NCBI GenBank assembly: GCA_965235115.1
Contig: OZ249436.1
Location: 682,001-746,000, forward strand
Origin: Laetmonice hystrix
Taxonomy: Eukaryota
Length of the DNA stretch: 64,000 bases
Reading direction: 5' to 3'
A program made the position numbers and the translations under genes. Of the stretch, positions 24,643 to 35,961 are shown piece by piece. How positions within the stretch are numbered: the stretch's first letter is position 1; every line of letters begins with the position of its first letter. A model generated the notes under the pieces. It ran no database searches. It was given only the letters and a program-made list of their open reading frames with translations, and had not been told where the DNA came from.

Positions 24643-25085
24643 AGCCAAATAAAAAAAATTACTTGTTTAGCGTCCACCTCGTCAAATTTTTCCAGGTCGG
24701 GGGTGGGAGGTTTTTATTTTTATTTTTTACTCTATGAATAAAGTGGCGACATGACCGTAGGAAGAAGACACCCATGGTATTCATGGTCAGACGGCAAGTT
24801 AGGGAGGTATGGAAGACTATGAAAACTTCCAAGCTAGAATTTGAAGAAGAAAACATGAAAATTCTTTTTAAGTCTTTGTTCAAGTAAAAATTGTGCACGT
24901 TCCACACAGACGACGGTTGAGGCTTATTTTAAATTTCACAGGTCGTTAATGGGTTTACAAAGCGCATTATACACTGTTCTTAGGCGGAAAGACGTTGTTT
25001 TGACAGTTTTTACACTTTACTTTTTTTTTTTTTTTTTAAATAGGTCGGGCGGGGATGCTAAACAAGTAACTTTTTTTATTTGGCC
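24643..25085. mobile_element. MITE, PIF/Harbinger-like (TAA flanks)
   Basis: taa|agccaaataaaaaaaattacttgtttagcgtcc ... ggatgctaaacaagtaactttttttatttggcc|taa. Confidence 0.65.
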
Positions 25086-25112
25086 TAATGGGCTTAGTGC
25101 CTTTAACTGTTA

Positions 25113-25668
25113 AATTACTCACCTGCTGAGTGCATTATCTTTGGACTTGTCCTTAAACTGGTAAAATACACACCTGCTGAGTGCATTATCTTGGGACTTG
25201 TCCTTAAACTGGTAAATTACACACCTGCTGAGTGCATTATCTTTGGACTTGTCCTTAAACTGGTAAATTACACACCTGCTGAGTGCATTATCTTTGGACT
25301 TGTCCTTAAACTGGTAAATTACACACCTGCTGAGTGCGATATCTTTTGACTTGTCCTTAAACTGGTAAATTACACACCTGCTGAGTGCATTATCTTTGGA
25401 CTTGTCCTTAAACTGGTAAATTACACACCTGCTGAGTGCATTATCTTTGGACTTGTCCTTAAACTGGTAAATTACACACCTGCTGAGTGCATTATCTTTG
25501 GACTTGTCCTTAAACTGGTAAATTACACACCTGCTGAGTGCATTATCTTTGGACTTGTCCTTAAACTGGTAAATTATTCACCTGCTGAGTGCATTACCTT
25601 TAGACTTGTCCTTAAACCTTTAAATTACTTACCTGCTGAGTGCGATATCTTTGGACTTGTCCTTAAAC
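25113..25668. repeat. Minisatellite, 51-bp unit x~11, containing the 3' part of CRLF3 exon 3 and its donor
   Basis: cacctgctgagtgcattatctttggacttgtccttaaactggtaaattaca repeated. Confidence 0.95.
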
Positions 25669-25720
25669 TTTGTCATGGCATCTTTTGCCGATTCGTGATC
25701 ACCCGACAGCAAAGCTTTGC
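25633..25720 (-). CDS. CRLF3: CRLF3 coding exon 3
   Basis: ttttcag acceptor, AG|GTAAGT donor, 88 nt phase 1-2, bridges exons 2 and 4 in frame. Confidence 0.82.
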
Positions 25721-25994
25721 CTGAAAAAAATTTAATGAACTATTAAAGATTAATTCAGGAGTTCCCCAACTGGAATACTCTGGACTTGATTTTCATGCTA
25801 AAAGTCGTTTCCAGTTGTGGCAAGATAAAACACTTTGCCCTGTGTCACCAAATTCTAAAATGCCTAAAACAACTTTTCAAGAGTTTTAAATATGCAGCCA
25901 AATGTAACTTTCTTTCCCTTCTGAACTTTCAAAAATGTGTTGAAAAAACAGGAACTATAGAATTTTCCGTTCTAGCATCTTTGGAATGACCTCA

Positions 25995-26270
25995 CTAACC
26001 CTAATCACTCAGAGATAACTGACCTTGGTGGAGAATGGGTTCGTTAGGGTTAGGGTTAGTAACCTAATCCTAACTAACCTTAATCACTTGGAGGTAACTG
26101 ACCTTGGTTGAGAATGGGTTAGTTAGGGTTAGGGTTAGTAACCTAACCCTAATCACTCGGAGGTAACTGACCTTGGTGGAGAATGGGTTCGTTAGGGTTA
26201 GGGTTAGTAATTAGGTTACTAACCCTAACTAACCCTAATCACTCGGAGGTAACTGACCTTGGTTGAGAAT
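25995..26270. repeat. ~69-86-bp degenerate units x~4 containing the CRLF3 exon 2 donor and TTAGGG/CCCTAA motifs
   Basis: taactgaccttggttgagaatgg...gttagggttagggttagtaacctaaccctaatcactc. Confidence 0.88.
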
Positions 26271-26465
26271 GCTGGCTGTGGTGGACATGTTAGATTGGAT
26301 GAGTTGCTCACACTGGAGTAGTGGAGTGAGTGCTTTCTGCTCTAACTGGTCAACCTGGGCCTGGAGGACCTCCAGGCGACCCTCCAGCGTCGACACCACC
26401 TCTTTCTTCAGTTTATCAAAATGGGCCTCAAGTTCTTGCCGCGATGACTTTGCACTTCCCATAAC
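26258..26465 (-). CDS. CRLF3: CRLF3 coding exon 2 (coiled coil)
   Basis: aag acceptor, G|GTCAGT donor; VMGSAKSSRQELEAHFDKLKKEVVSTLEGRLEVLQAQVDQLEQKALTPLLQCEQLI. Confidence 0.85.
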
Positions 26466-26646
26466 CTTGAGGACATAAATTTTAGTTTTTAAAACTGGGA
26501 ACATGTAACATAAATATGGTTGGGTGAGGTTAACTTTCAAGTTAATGTTCATCATCAACTCATTAAAGAGTAATAGTGGGTTTGGGTTAATGTCAAATGT
26601 TTAATAAGTTAGGGAGCTATTTCCCACTCTGTCCCCCAACTCGGCT

Positions 26647-27350
26647 GATCCCTGTCCCCACATCCTGCTAATATAATTACCACTTGGTTGATAGATCCCT
26701 GTCCCCACATCCTGCTAATATAATTACCACTTGGTTGATAGATCCCTGTCCCCACATCCTGCTAATATAATTACCACTTAGTGGATAGATCCCTGTCCCC
26801 ACATCCTGCTAATATAATTACCACTTGGTTGATAGATCCCTGTCCCCACATCCTGCTAATATAATTACCACTTGGTTGATAGATCCCTGTCCCCACATCC
26901 TGCTAATATAATTACCACTTAGTTGATAGATCCCTGTCCCCACATCCTGCTAATATAATTACCACTTGGTTGATAGATCCCTGTCCCCACATCCTACTAA
27001 TATAATTACCACTTGGTTGATAGATCCCTGTCCCCACATCCTGCTAATATAATTACCACTTAGTTGATAGATCCCTGTCCCCACATCCTACTAATATAAT
27101 TACCACTCGGTTGATAGATCCCTGTCCCCACATCCTGCTAATATAATTACCACTCGGTTGATAGATCCCTGTCCCCACATCCTACTAATATAATTACCAC
27201 TTGGTTGATAGATCCCTGTCCCCACATCCTACTAATATAATTACCACTTGGTTGATAGATCCCTGTCCCCACATCCTACTAATATAATTACCACTTAGTT
27301 GATAGATCCCTGTCCCCACATCCTGCTAATATAATTACCACTTGGTTGAT
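26647..27350. repeat. Minisatellite, 47-bp unit x~15
   Basis: gatccctgtccccacatcctgctaatataattaccacttggttgata repeated. Confidence 0.95.
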
Positions 27351-27454
27351 ACATCACACGACAATTATCAATGAACTGCCAGTCAGCCAACATGATGAAG
27401 AAAATAGCTGTCAAAATGACACCATTTACTGCTGACATTTTGTCGAATGCCTAC

Positions 27455-27562
27455 CTGGGTCTTAGATAGATCCAGAGCTGCCAATCTCTGCGAGAGCTTC
27501 AACTGATGTTCCTTGGCACAATCAATAGTCTCAATGACACCATTTAAAATATCTTCCTCCAT
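27455..27562 (-). CDS. CRLF3: CRLF3 (cytokine receptor-like factor 3) first coding exon
   Basis: tgcag|G ATG; MEEDILNGVIETIDCAKEHQLKLSQRLAALDLSKTQ; CAG|GTAGGC donor; acceptor just upstream implies a 5' UTR exon. Confidence 0.75.
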
Positions 27563-28553
27563 CCTGCAACAAACAATGGTGTCATCAGTGCTGACATTAC
27601 AATGGCAAGACAAATTTCCAGTAACACCTCAAGCTAAATCTATATGCCAGTATATGATACAGCAGCAAACCGCTTCATTCAGGATGTAAGAACAATAATC
27701 GCAATACATAACAAAAACTTTGTTTTTTAAATTCAAGACACATCACATGTAGGTATGGATACACATTCAGGCAACATTCTGACAAGTAACAGTAATCATA
27801 TATTGGATGCAATCCAATAAAATTCATGATTCTTGGTCACATGACCAAACTTCTGCTGGTCAAATAGCTTCTGCCTAATAATTTGACCAAGAATCATGAA
27901 TTCTCAATCTGTGTGTGTGTGTGTGGGGGGGGTGTAACCAGTTGTCAGTTGCTAATCTCCCATCATGCAGAGTGGCTTGCTCCAATACCCCATCTGCCAC
28001 ACATCACAGAAATACCTGATGAAATATTAGCGAGCGCAGCGAGCCGAGCAGCGGCTCGCGAAGCGAGCTCTATGACAACACGTGTGAAAGGGTAGCCAAG
28101 GTGACACATACCGTCTCACAAAAAAATTTCGTCACATAAAGCCAGAACCGGAAAAACCATGGAGCAAAACCATGGAGCAAATCCATGGAGGGTCATGTGA
28201 CCCTTGCAGCGCGTGTGTGATTTGTGACGTCACAGTGAACAGTCGCGTGAGTGTTTGTTCACTGTGACGCCACAATATCCTGACGTCCGTGCTGCTAAAG
28301 TGACCAGTCCTGACATTGTATATTGTTAAAGTATATATTGTAGGCCTCACGTCGCTGCGCTCGGGCTCTAGGTAGCACCTACATCATATTAGAAACTACA
28401 TTTGCGGAGGGAAATCAGCTATCGTCGTTGGCCACTTTCGGGATGATTCGAAATACTTCGGGTGTTTCTGACTAGCACTAGGTACTTCCCTTCTAACATA
28501 GCTGCTGCAGATGATTTTTCCGAAGATTTAGATGTTTGTGCAGTACCCAACCT

Positions 28554-28845
28554 CAATCTAATTAAAATTAGATCTTAGTTATTTCGCATGCGCTCCATAC
28601 TAGGATCTAACGGCATCCCGTATGGGGTCACCTCAGGCTGCCCTTTGACCCAGATTCAAGTGTGCCGTTGAAAATGCCTACGAGCGCACACCGAAGATTT
28701 CGTAGGCGACTCGCTGATTGGCTGAATCCAGAGGTCAACCTGAGGTGACCCCTAATGGGGTGTCCTTAGATCTAGGTATGGAGCGGGAAGCACTGACACA
28801 GCCGAGAGAGACGCGGAATACCAAGATCTAATTTTAATTAGATTG
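28554..28845. mobile_element. MITE with 10-bp TSD (Mutator/MULE-like)
   Basis: tacccaacct|caatctaattaaaattagatctt ... aagatctaattttaattagattg|tacccaacct; additional inner inverted repeats. Confidence 0.8.
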
Positions 28846-29066
28846 TACCCAACCTGTGGCAGAGATTGAATGAAGGGAACGATCTCTGTCCGGAGAGTGG
28901 GCAGTTGCCTAACTGACAAAGTAAGAAACATGTCACTGAAGCCATGGTAGTTCAAATACCTCAATGCATATCATAACAACGGGCATACTTTAGTTTATGA
29001 CAGGCACAGACATTTTTGGATCCACATTTTTTGCCTGACTTTTTCAACCTCACGATATCCTGTCTA

Positions 29067-29952
29067 CAGACCTGCCAAGTCCCCCGGTTTCACCAGGGGA
29101 CTCCCGGTTTTTAACCTAATCCCCCGTCCCCCCGGTATGTCACAATTTTCTCATGGTGAATTGAAAACTCATGTATGCACACAAAACACAAGAAAAAAGA
29201 TAGATGTTTGGACAATTTTAAGTTTAAAATATAATGAAAAAAATAATTTTGAGTATGTTTTTATGTAGCATAGGCCCCTAAAAAAACTATATGCAACGTA
29301 GAACACTAAAAAAGGATACATAAAGAGTAAAGAAACAACATTAATAAGCTGATGTCTTAGGACAGTTTCAAGTTTCAGTGTTCTAACCAGAAATATTTCC
29401 CACAGTGGGGGAAAGGTGATGGACAAACACCGAAGGTGTGCAGTCATGATCGCTGAAGGCGCGAAGCCCACCAGAGGGGGGTCTGGGTAGGTTCTCCCCC
29501 GGGAAAATTTTAAAAAACATGCTCTTTAAAATTAAATGGGACATTCTGGTGCATTTGAGATGAATAAAGACGGCGGAAGGAGTTGTCAGTGCAGGGGAGC
29601 GACGCCGCCCCGCAGTCCAGTTATAACCCTGAGTTTAAAATATAAATAAGAACTAATTTTGAGTGTTTTTATTTTAAATTTATTAAACTGATGGTATGTA
29701 AGTTGTGTACTTCATGTGTAGATACTAGAATGTAGTGGCTCCTACTGTTTCTCCCCCACTGACATAGGTCTATATCAGCTTCATAATGTAATCTTCAGGT
29801 TTTCCCCAAAAATCTCCAGGTTTTCCCCCAAAATCTCCAGGTTTTTCTCCCAAAATCTTCAGGTTTTCCTCCCAATTTCCAGGTTTTTGGACATCAACTT
29901 TTAAAAATCTCCCGGTTTCTTCTCTCTGTAGCCGTGTAGGTTGGCAGGTCTG
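29067..29952. mobile_element. Non-autonomous TIR element, hAT-like (CAG...CTG)
   Basis: cagacctgccaa ... ttggcaggtctg; repeated ctcccggtttt subterminal motifs; no clear TSD. Confidence 0.55.
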
Positions 29953-31599
29953 GGCCTCTGGCTCTGCCCCGCTCGTGAACGGCCTGGCCCTGGTGCGGCC
30001 TCATAACCCCTCATCTGGTGTCACTCAATAAATCATGTCACGCAATCAGAGCAAATCATAATCTGGACGATAAAGAAACATACCTGCAGGTAAAGACTTG
30101 GAAACTAACTAAATAACAGGGAACTATCGGTCGACAACAAGGGAGTCACCGGTGTGTGACACGGTACTTCCCCACTCATGATCCGCCCGCTTAGTGGATC
30201 AAATACTTTTAGCTGAACCAAGCTGCTGCAATCGTTTCTTCATAGTTCACTCAGCGTCCGCTAGAGCCTGTAGAGCCATCTGGCGACAAACATAGGCCAT
30301 CACCTCTAACCACAGGGGCTAACGATAGTACCACAAAAAGATGAAAAAAGTCTGTGTGTTGGTCATCCAAATTGAAATTTGCTTGTAGGCCATGCGTCTC
30401 TCGAGTCTCACAAAGCCTGCAGAGATTCAGTGCCCGGTGGGCATTTACCACTGCCAGGTGGCAACCCAGTACTACGGCAGTAGCGTGCGCTTGGGGTGCT
30501 CAATTTGCCCAATTTTTTTTTTTGGCGCTTGTTGCCCATATCCCCCTCCCAATTTGCAGCGCCTACGACGTTGGTAATGTAGGTCTATACTTAGACGTAG
30601 AGTACTCTAGCCTCAGGTCTATACTAGAATGATCAAAGCAGGCGCCTACATTACTGTTACTCTGTAGGCTAGGTCTGCTTTCATACTCATCGCAGCATTC
30701 CAGACGGATTTATAAGGTGTTTCCCGGCTCCATCGCTTAGTGGCTCTGTGGTCGACCACAGACTGACACAGTGACAGAGCCACCAAGCGAGGGAACACGG
30801 AAACTGCAGGCTTAGCTGACGGCGGCCTCATAACGTTAGTTCAGCTGGTTGTGATGGGTATTTCAAACCTCCTTGCAGCATTGGTCAAAACAGAACCTTT
30901 CTGGAAACGTTTGTCATGCAACTAAACTTGGTTTAAGTACCAAATTTATCAATGATTTTGCCGGCATCTGGGAATTACAATGTAGCAGTTTCAAAGTGAT
31001 CACCAAGGATGAGAGCAGCAGGTGCCCGGTCACGTGACCCTGCAGTGTAGTAAAAACAACAATGCCATGACTGGAGCGGCGTGCGGAGGAGGCTAGGGCA
31101 CAGATTTTGTCCTATTGTTGATTACTTGTCGGTGAAGAGAGGCCGTCGACATGATTTACTTGTTGGTAAGTGTTGGTGTGACAGACTCAGAGAATTACAT
31201 GCCCTATATCTAGTTTAGAGTCCACAAATTGAAGTTGTGAAGGGTCGTGATTTTAGACAGTTTAGTTGTGAAGTTTTGCCAGGTCACACAACTGAACCCA
31301 CAGACACACTGCCACACTCGGTGAACGACGCATGTAGTGATGATTGATGGTGTGTTCGGTGTGTTCGTGATATTGTGACCATGCCTTGTTGGCAGTGGTT
31401 ATTCTGCCGTCAGACGGCAGAATAGATAAATTAGTTTGACTAATTACCGACACGAAACAATGTGTTTGGGTTAGGGTAAAGGTTAGGCCTAGGCTAGGGG
31501 GGACTGGTTAGTGTTACTGAACAGTTTAGTCCCAAAATTGTTGTTAATTAGGCACTAATTAGATAATCCGCTATTCTGCCATCAGACATCATCCAATAA

Positions 31600-31759
31600 G
31601 GGGCCGTTCAAAAATTACGTAACGCTATTTTGGGCCAAATCTGACACCCCACCCCCCCCACCCCCCGTAACGCTCTGCAATGGTACTTCAGCACTGTCCG
31701 TAACGTTTGGACATACACCCCCCCACCCCCCGAGCGTTACGTAATTTTTGAACGGCCCC
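31600..31759. mobile_element. PIF/Harbinger MITE, perfect 26-bp TIR, TAA TSD
   Basis: taa|ggggccgttcaaaaattacgtaacgc ... gcgttacgtaatttttgaacggcccc|taa. Confidence 0.85.
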
Positions 31760-31848
31760 TAAGAATCCAGGGGCCCGTTTCCCTAAGCCAGGACATCCCC
31801 AAGTGGGGACATCCACGATTCAGAGACATCCCGTTTCACTAAAATGTG

Positions 31849-32112
31849 GGGGCCTCGGGTGGCCGAATGGTCTAAGGTGTTGGCTCATGGCGCCTAGGAC
31901 CATCGCCTCACACCGCTGCGATCCGGGTTCGATCCCCGGCCAGGGCTGCATGTGTGAAAGGTTTGTCAGTCAGTTCCTTCCCGAAGGTCGGTGGTTTCCT
32001 CCGGGCACTCCGGTTTCCTCCACCAAGAAAAACTGACTTTCATCATCATCTTCACCGCCGTGATATGACCCTGGCTGTTGCAAGGCGTAAAACCCCAAAT
32101 ACCCTACCCACC
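31849..32112 (+). mobile_element. tRNA-derived SINE with V-SINE-like core and 12-bp TSD
   Basis: A box TGGCCGAATGG, B box GGTTCGATCCC, core ggtttcctccgggcactccggtttcctcc, simple-repeat tail; flanked by cactaaaatgtg on both sides. Confidence 0.85.
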
Positions 32113-32590
32113 CACTAAAATGTGCTTGAAATTAACATTGCCTGAATTGGAGATGTTGCTGGGAGGGACGACGTTTTAGTGGAAGTGGGGATGTCCCCAA
32201 ATCAGAGATGTCGCAGGGATGCCCCTGTATTGCAGTCACATGACCCATCCATACGCCGGCACAATAACCACTGCCTACATCGTTATCCAAGTATTACATC
32301 AGGCCTTGTGTTTAGAAAAATGCAGGTGGGTGAAAAACAGCTCGTCTAGATCAACTTGTTATAAATGGGCTAGGCGAGCTGTTTTTTTTATTCCAGAAAT
32401 AATTCTTAGAGTATATAAATGTTCTCAGAGATGAATAGCCTGTTCATTGTTTATAAGAAGATGGGCTATCACTTATTGGTCAAGTTATATCTGTGCACAG
32501 GTGAGCAATTTTTGGGGGTTAATTTTGGCCAGGTGGGTGGTTTTTTAGCTCGCCTCGATGGCATTTCATGCAAGCGATGGCGAGCATGAG

Positions 32591-33390
32591 CAGGGTGTAA
32601 AATTGGGGGTGAGATAGAGTGCGCCCTCTGGGCGCAGAGGCCCCCTGTCCAATGCGCCCGGATGTAGTTCAGTGCGCCCGGATCATTTTAAAGTGCGCCA
32701 TAGTGACAGTGGCGAAACCCCCCCCCCCCCATGTAAAAACACATTTTTCTAAACAATAATTTGTGCATGTGTAATGCAGACAATGCATACAAGTTTTGAT
32801 TTTTATTCCCACCCGGCACTCACTAGTAGTCAGTGACTACAGTCACTATATTGACACTGACTAGGTCATCGCTGCTGCTGTTGGCCTCCTGGGCCAGGTT
32901 TTTAGTTTGGAAACAGTCTTAAGATTCAAATCTTAAGACTGAACTCTTGTTTCAGAGCTTCTTATTGGTCCTTCAAATGAAGTCAGCCAATGAGAGACCA
33001 TAACACAAGTCAGCCTTAAGATTCCAGTCTTAAGATTGGTAAAATGAACTAAAAACCGGGGCCTGGGGTGCAGGTGACAACCTTCTGCCAGTGACGGACA
33101 GCTTGGCTGGGGTCGAAAATGTCCACCGTGTCCACCCCTAGTGTGGAATGGAATAATCAATCACTGCGCTCTGGATGGATCATCCCATGCCATGAATAGG
33201 GAAGGCAGAGTACACAATCTGCGGACTGCTGTGACACACGTGTGGCTCGCCCAGTTTTAGAAGGTCATCGCTGGCGCAAGACGGCAAATCATCCAATGCG
33301 CCCGCTGGGCACATAGGGTCATCATGTGGATGCGCCCGGGGCAAAAATAATGCGGCATGCCGCATGCCGCACCGCTAATTTTACACCCTG
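32591..33390. mobile_element. Non-autonomous TIR element, CAG...CTG ends, 5-bp TSD atgag (hAT5-like)
   Basis: atgag|cagggtgtaaaatt ... aattttacaccctg|atgag. Confidence 0.7.
32892..33062. mobile_element. Nested Harbinger-like MITE (CTG TSD)
   Basis: ctg|ggccaggtttttagtt ... aactaaaaaccggggc|ctg, with internal tcttaaga repeats. Confidence 0.55.
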
Positions 33391-33400
33391 ATGAGCGATG

Positions 33401-33702
33401 TTGCAGCTTGTGTTGTGAATGTGATAGAGTAGATCAGTCAATGGATCATTCTTGCAGCTTGTGTTGTGAATGTGAGTAGATCAGTCAATGGATCATTCTT
33501 GCAGCTTGTGTTGTGAATGTGATAGAGTAGATCAGTCAATGGATCATTCTTGCAGCTTGTGTTGTGAATGTGATAGAGTAGATCAGTCAATGGATCATTC
33601 TTGCAGCTTGTGTTGTGAATGTGATAGAGTAGATCAGTCAATGGATCATTCTTGCAGCTTGTGTTGTGAATGTGATAGAGTAGATCAGTCAATGGATCAT
33701 TC
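33401..33702. repeat. Minisatellite, ~51-bp unit x6
   Basis: ttgcagcttgtgttgtgaatgtgatagagtagatcagtcaatggatcattc repeated. Confidence 0.93.
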
Positions 33703-34565
33703 ACTTCCATTGGGGACAACTTGGATAATATTAATGTGGCGATAGTTCCTGAGTCTTTAAAAGTTAAATCAGGCCAGTGTCACATACTCAGATCTCCGCC
33801 AGTCTCAGATCTCCGGGAGCATGGTTTCCTATTTAGATGCAGAATCAGACAAAGTGAGCACACATGAGTCGCTGTTTGGCCTCATATCTCTGGCCGTCTG
33901 CTAGCTGATGGGCGGTGGAGTTTTCTTTCAAACAAGAATAAACGACAGCCTCGATCGGCAAATGTTTGCCCAAATATCACACAGGAGATGAGAGTTCTTA
34001 CATGTAACTCAACTGAGACTCAACTCAACTGAGGCATGTTAACCACCACTTCAAATATTGCATCGACTATATATATCTGGAAAAGTAGGGTTTTACTTAA
34101 TATTTACCTACTGCTATTACCTTTATGACTGGCAAATGGAAGAATACTACATTTGTTTAGGCAAAAGACACAGTTTTATTTGCGTGAGAAGTGCTGAAAA
34201 TTTCTCGATGGGAGTTTGCATTGACTGTACTCTGACGGTCAAAGCTTCTCGGAGTAGTGGTCAGAGTGACTCAGCACGACTAATTGGAGTAGGCCCACCC
34301 CCCAGACTTGGCCAGGAGTATGGTACTGTAATCATTTATACACAGCTAGTAATTAAGTCAGCTGAAAGAATTTATAATTTATAAATATTCAAAACGCTAA
34401 GTCATGTTATTAATCCAGTCAAATCGATTTTTTTTAAATGTGTATTTGCACAAGACTTGTAAATTACATTTAATATAAATCAAAGGAAATTGTTGGTATT
34501 CGTCATCAATCAAGTCAGTCAAACCATGAGTCTGGAGTGGGAAGGTTTAAAATGGTTCAGTCCTC

Positions 34566-35757
34566 GCCTAGCACACTGACACTGTTATATGCTAACTATG
34601 AGAGTGCTTGCTATTCTAGCCATGTCAATCCTAGCCTAGGCCACTGACACTGTTATATGCTAACTATGAGAGTGCTTGCTATACTAGCCATGTCAATCCT
34701 AGCCTAGCCCACTGCCACTGTTATATGCTAACTATGAGAGTGCTTGCTATTTTAGCCATGTCAATCCTAGCCTAGCACACTGACACTGTTATATGCTAAC
34801 TATGAGAGTGCTTGCTATTCTAGCCATGTCAATCCTAGCCTAGCTCACTGACACTGTGCTAACTATGGTAGTGCTTGCTATTCCAGCTATGTCAATCCTA
34901 GCCTAGCTCACTGACACTGTTATATGCTAACTATGAGAGTGCTTGCTATTTTAGCCATGTCAATCCTAGCCTAGCACACTGACACTGTTATATGCTAACT
35001 ATGAGAGTGCTTGCTATTCCAGCCATGTCAATCCTAGCCTAGCCCACTGCCACTGTGCTAACTATGACAGTGCTTGCTATTCTAGCCATGTCAATCCTAG
35101 CCTAGCACACTGACACTGTTATATGCTAACTATGAGAGTGCTTGCTATTCCAGCCATGTCAATCCTAGCCTAGCCCACTGCCACTGTGCTAACTATGAGT
35201 GTGCTTGCTATTCTAGCCATGTCAATCCTAGCCTAGCCCACTGCCACTGTGCTAACTATGAGTGTACTTGCTATTCAAGCCATGTCAATCCTAGCCTAGC
35301 ACACTGACACTGTTATATGCTAACTATGAGTGTGCTTGCTATTCTAGCCATGTCAATCCTAGCCCAGCTCACTGACACTGTTAGATGCTGACTATGAGAG
35401 TGTTTGCTATTCTAGCTATGTCAATCCTAGCCTAGGCCACTGACACTGTTAGATGCTAACTATGGGTGTACTTGCTATTCTAGCCATGTCAATCCTAGCC
35501 TAGGCCACTGACACTGTTAGATGCTAACTATGGGTGTACTTGCTATTCTAGCCATGTCAATCCTAGCCTAGGCCACTGACACTGTTATATGCTGACTATG
35601 AGTGTGCTTGCTATTCTAGCCATGTCAATCCTAGCCTAGCCCACTGACACTGTTAGATGCTAACTATGGGTGTACTTGCTATTCTAGCCATGTCAATCCT
35701 AGCCTAGCCCACTGACACTGTGCTAACTATGAGTGTGCTTGCTATTCTAGCCATGTC
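34566..35757. repeat. Minisatellite, 65/70-bp units x~17
   Basis: cactgacactgttatatgctaactatgagagtgcttgctattctagccatgtcaatcctagcctag repeated. Confidence 0.94.
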
Positions 35758-35961
35758 ATTAATAATATGTGGCCAGAGAATCCTGATAATGTTGATAAAA
35801 TGCTTCCATGTTAATAGAATTGTTTCAGTGATGGTTTGTTTAGATTATGTAGTATAATAATATAGTGAACTCCAAGTGTGTAGATCTATCAATCATACAT
35901 GTATGTTAATATTGAAATATTGTTTTGGTTTCAGGGATGCTCAGCTACCATGTAAGCTGTC

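Noticed and set aside
31849..31945. tRNA-like A and B boxes
   Set aside because: Head of a SINE with core, tail and TSD; no proper cloverleaf
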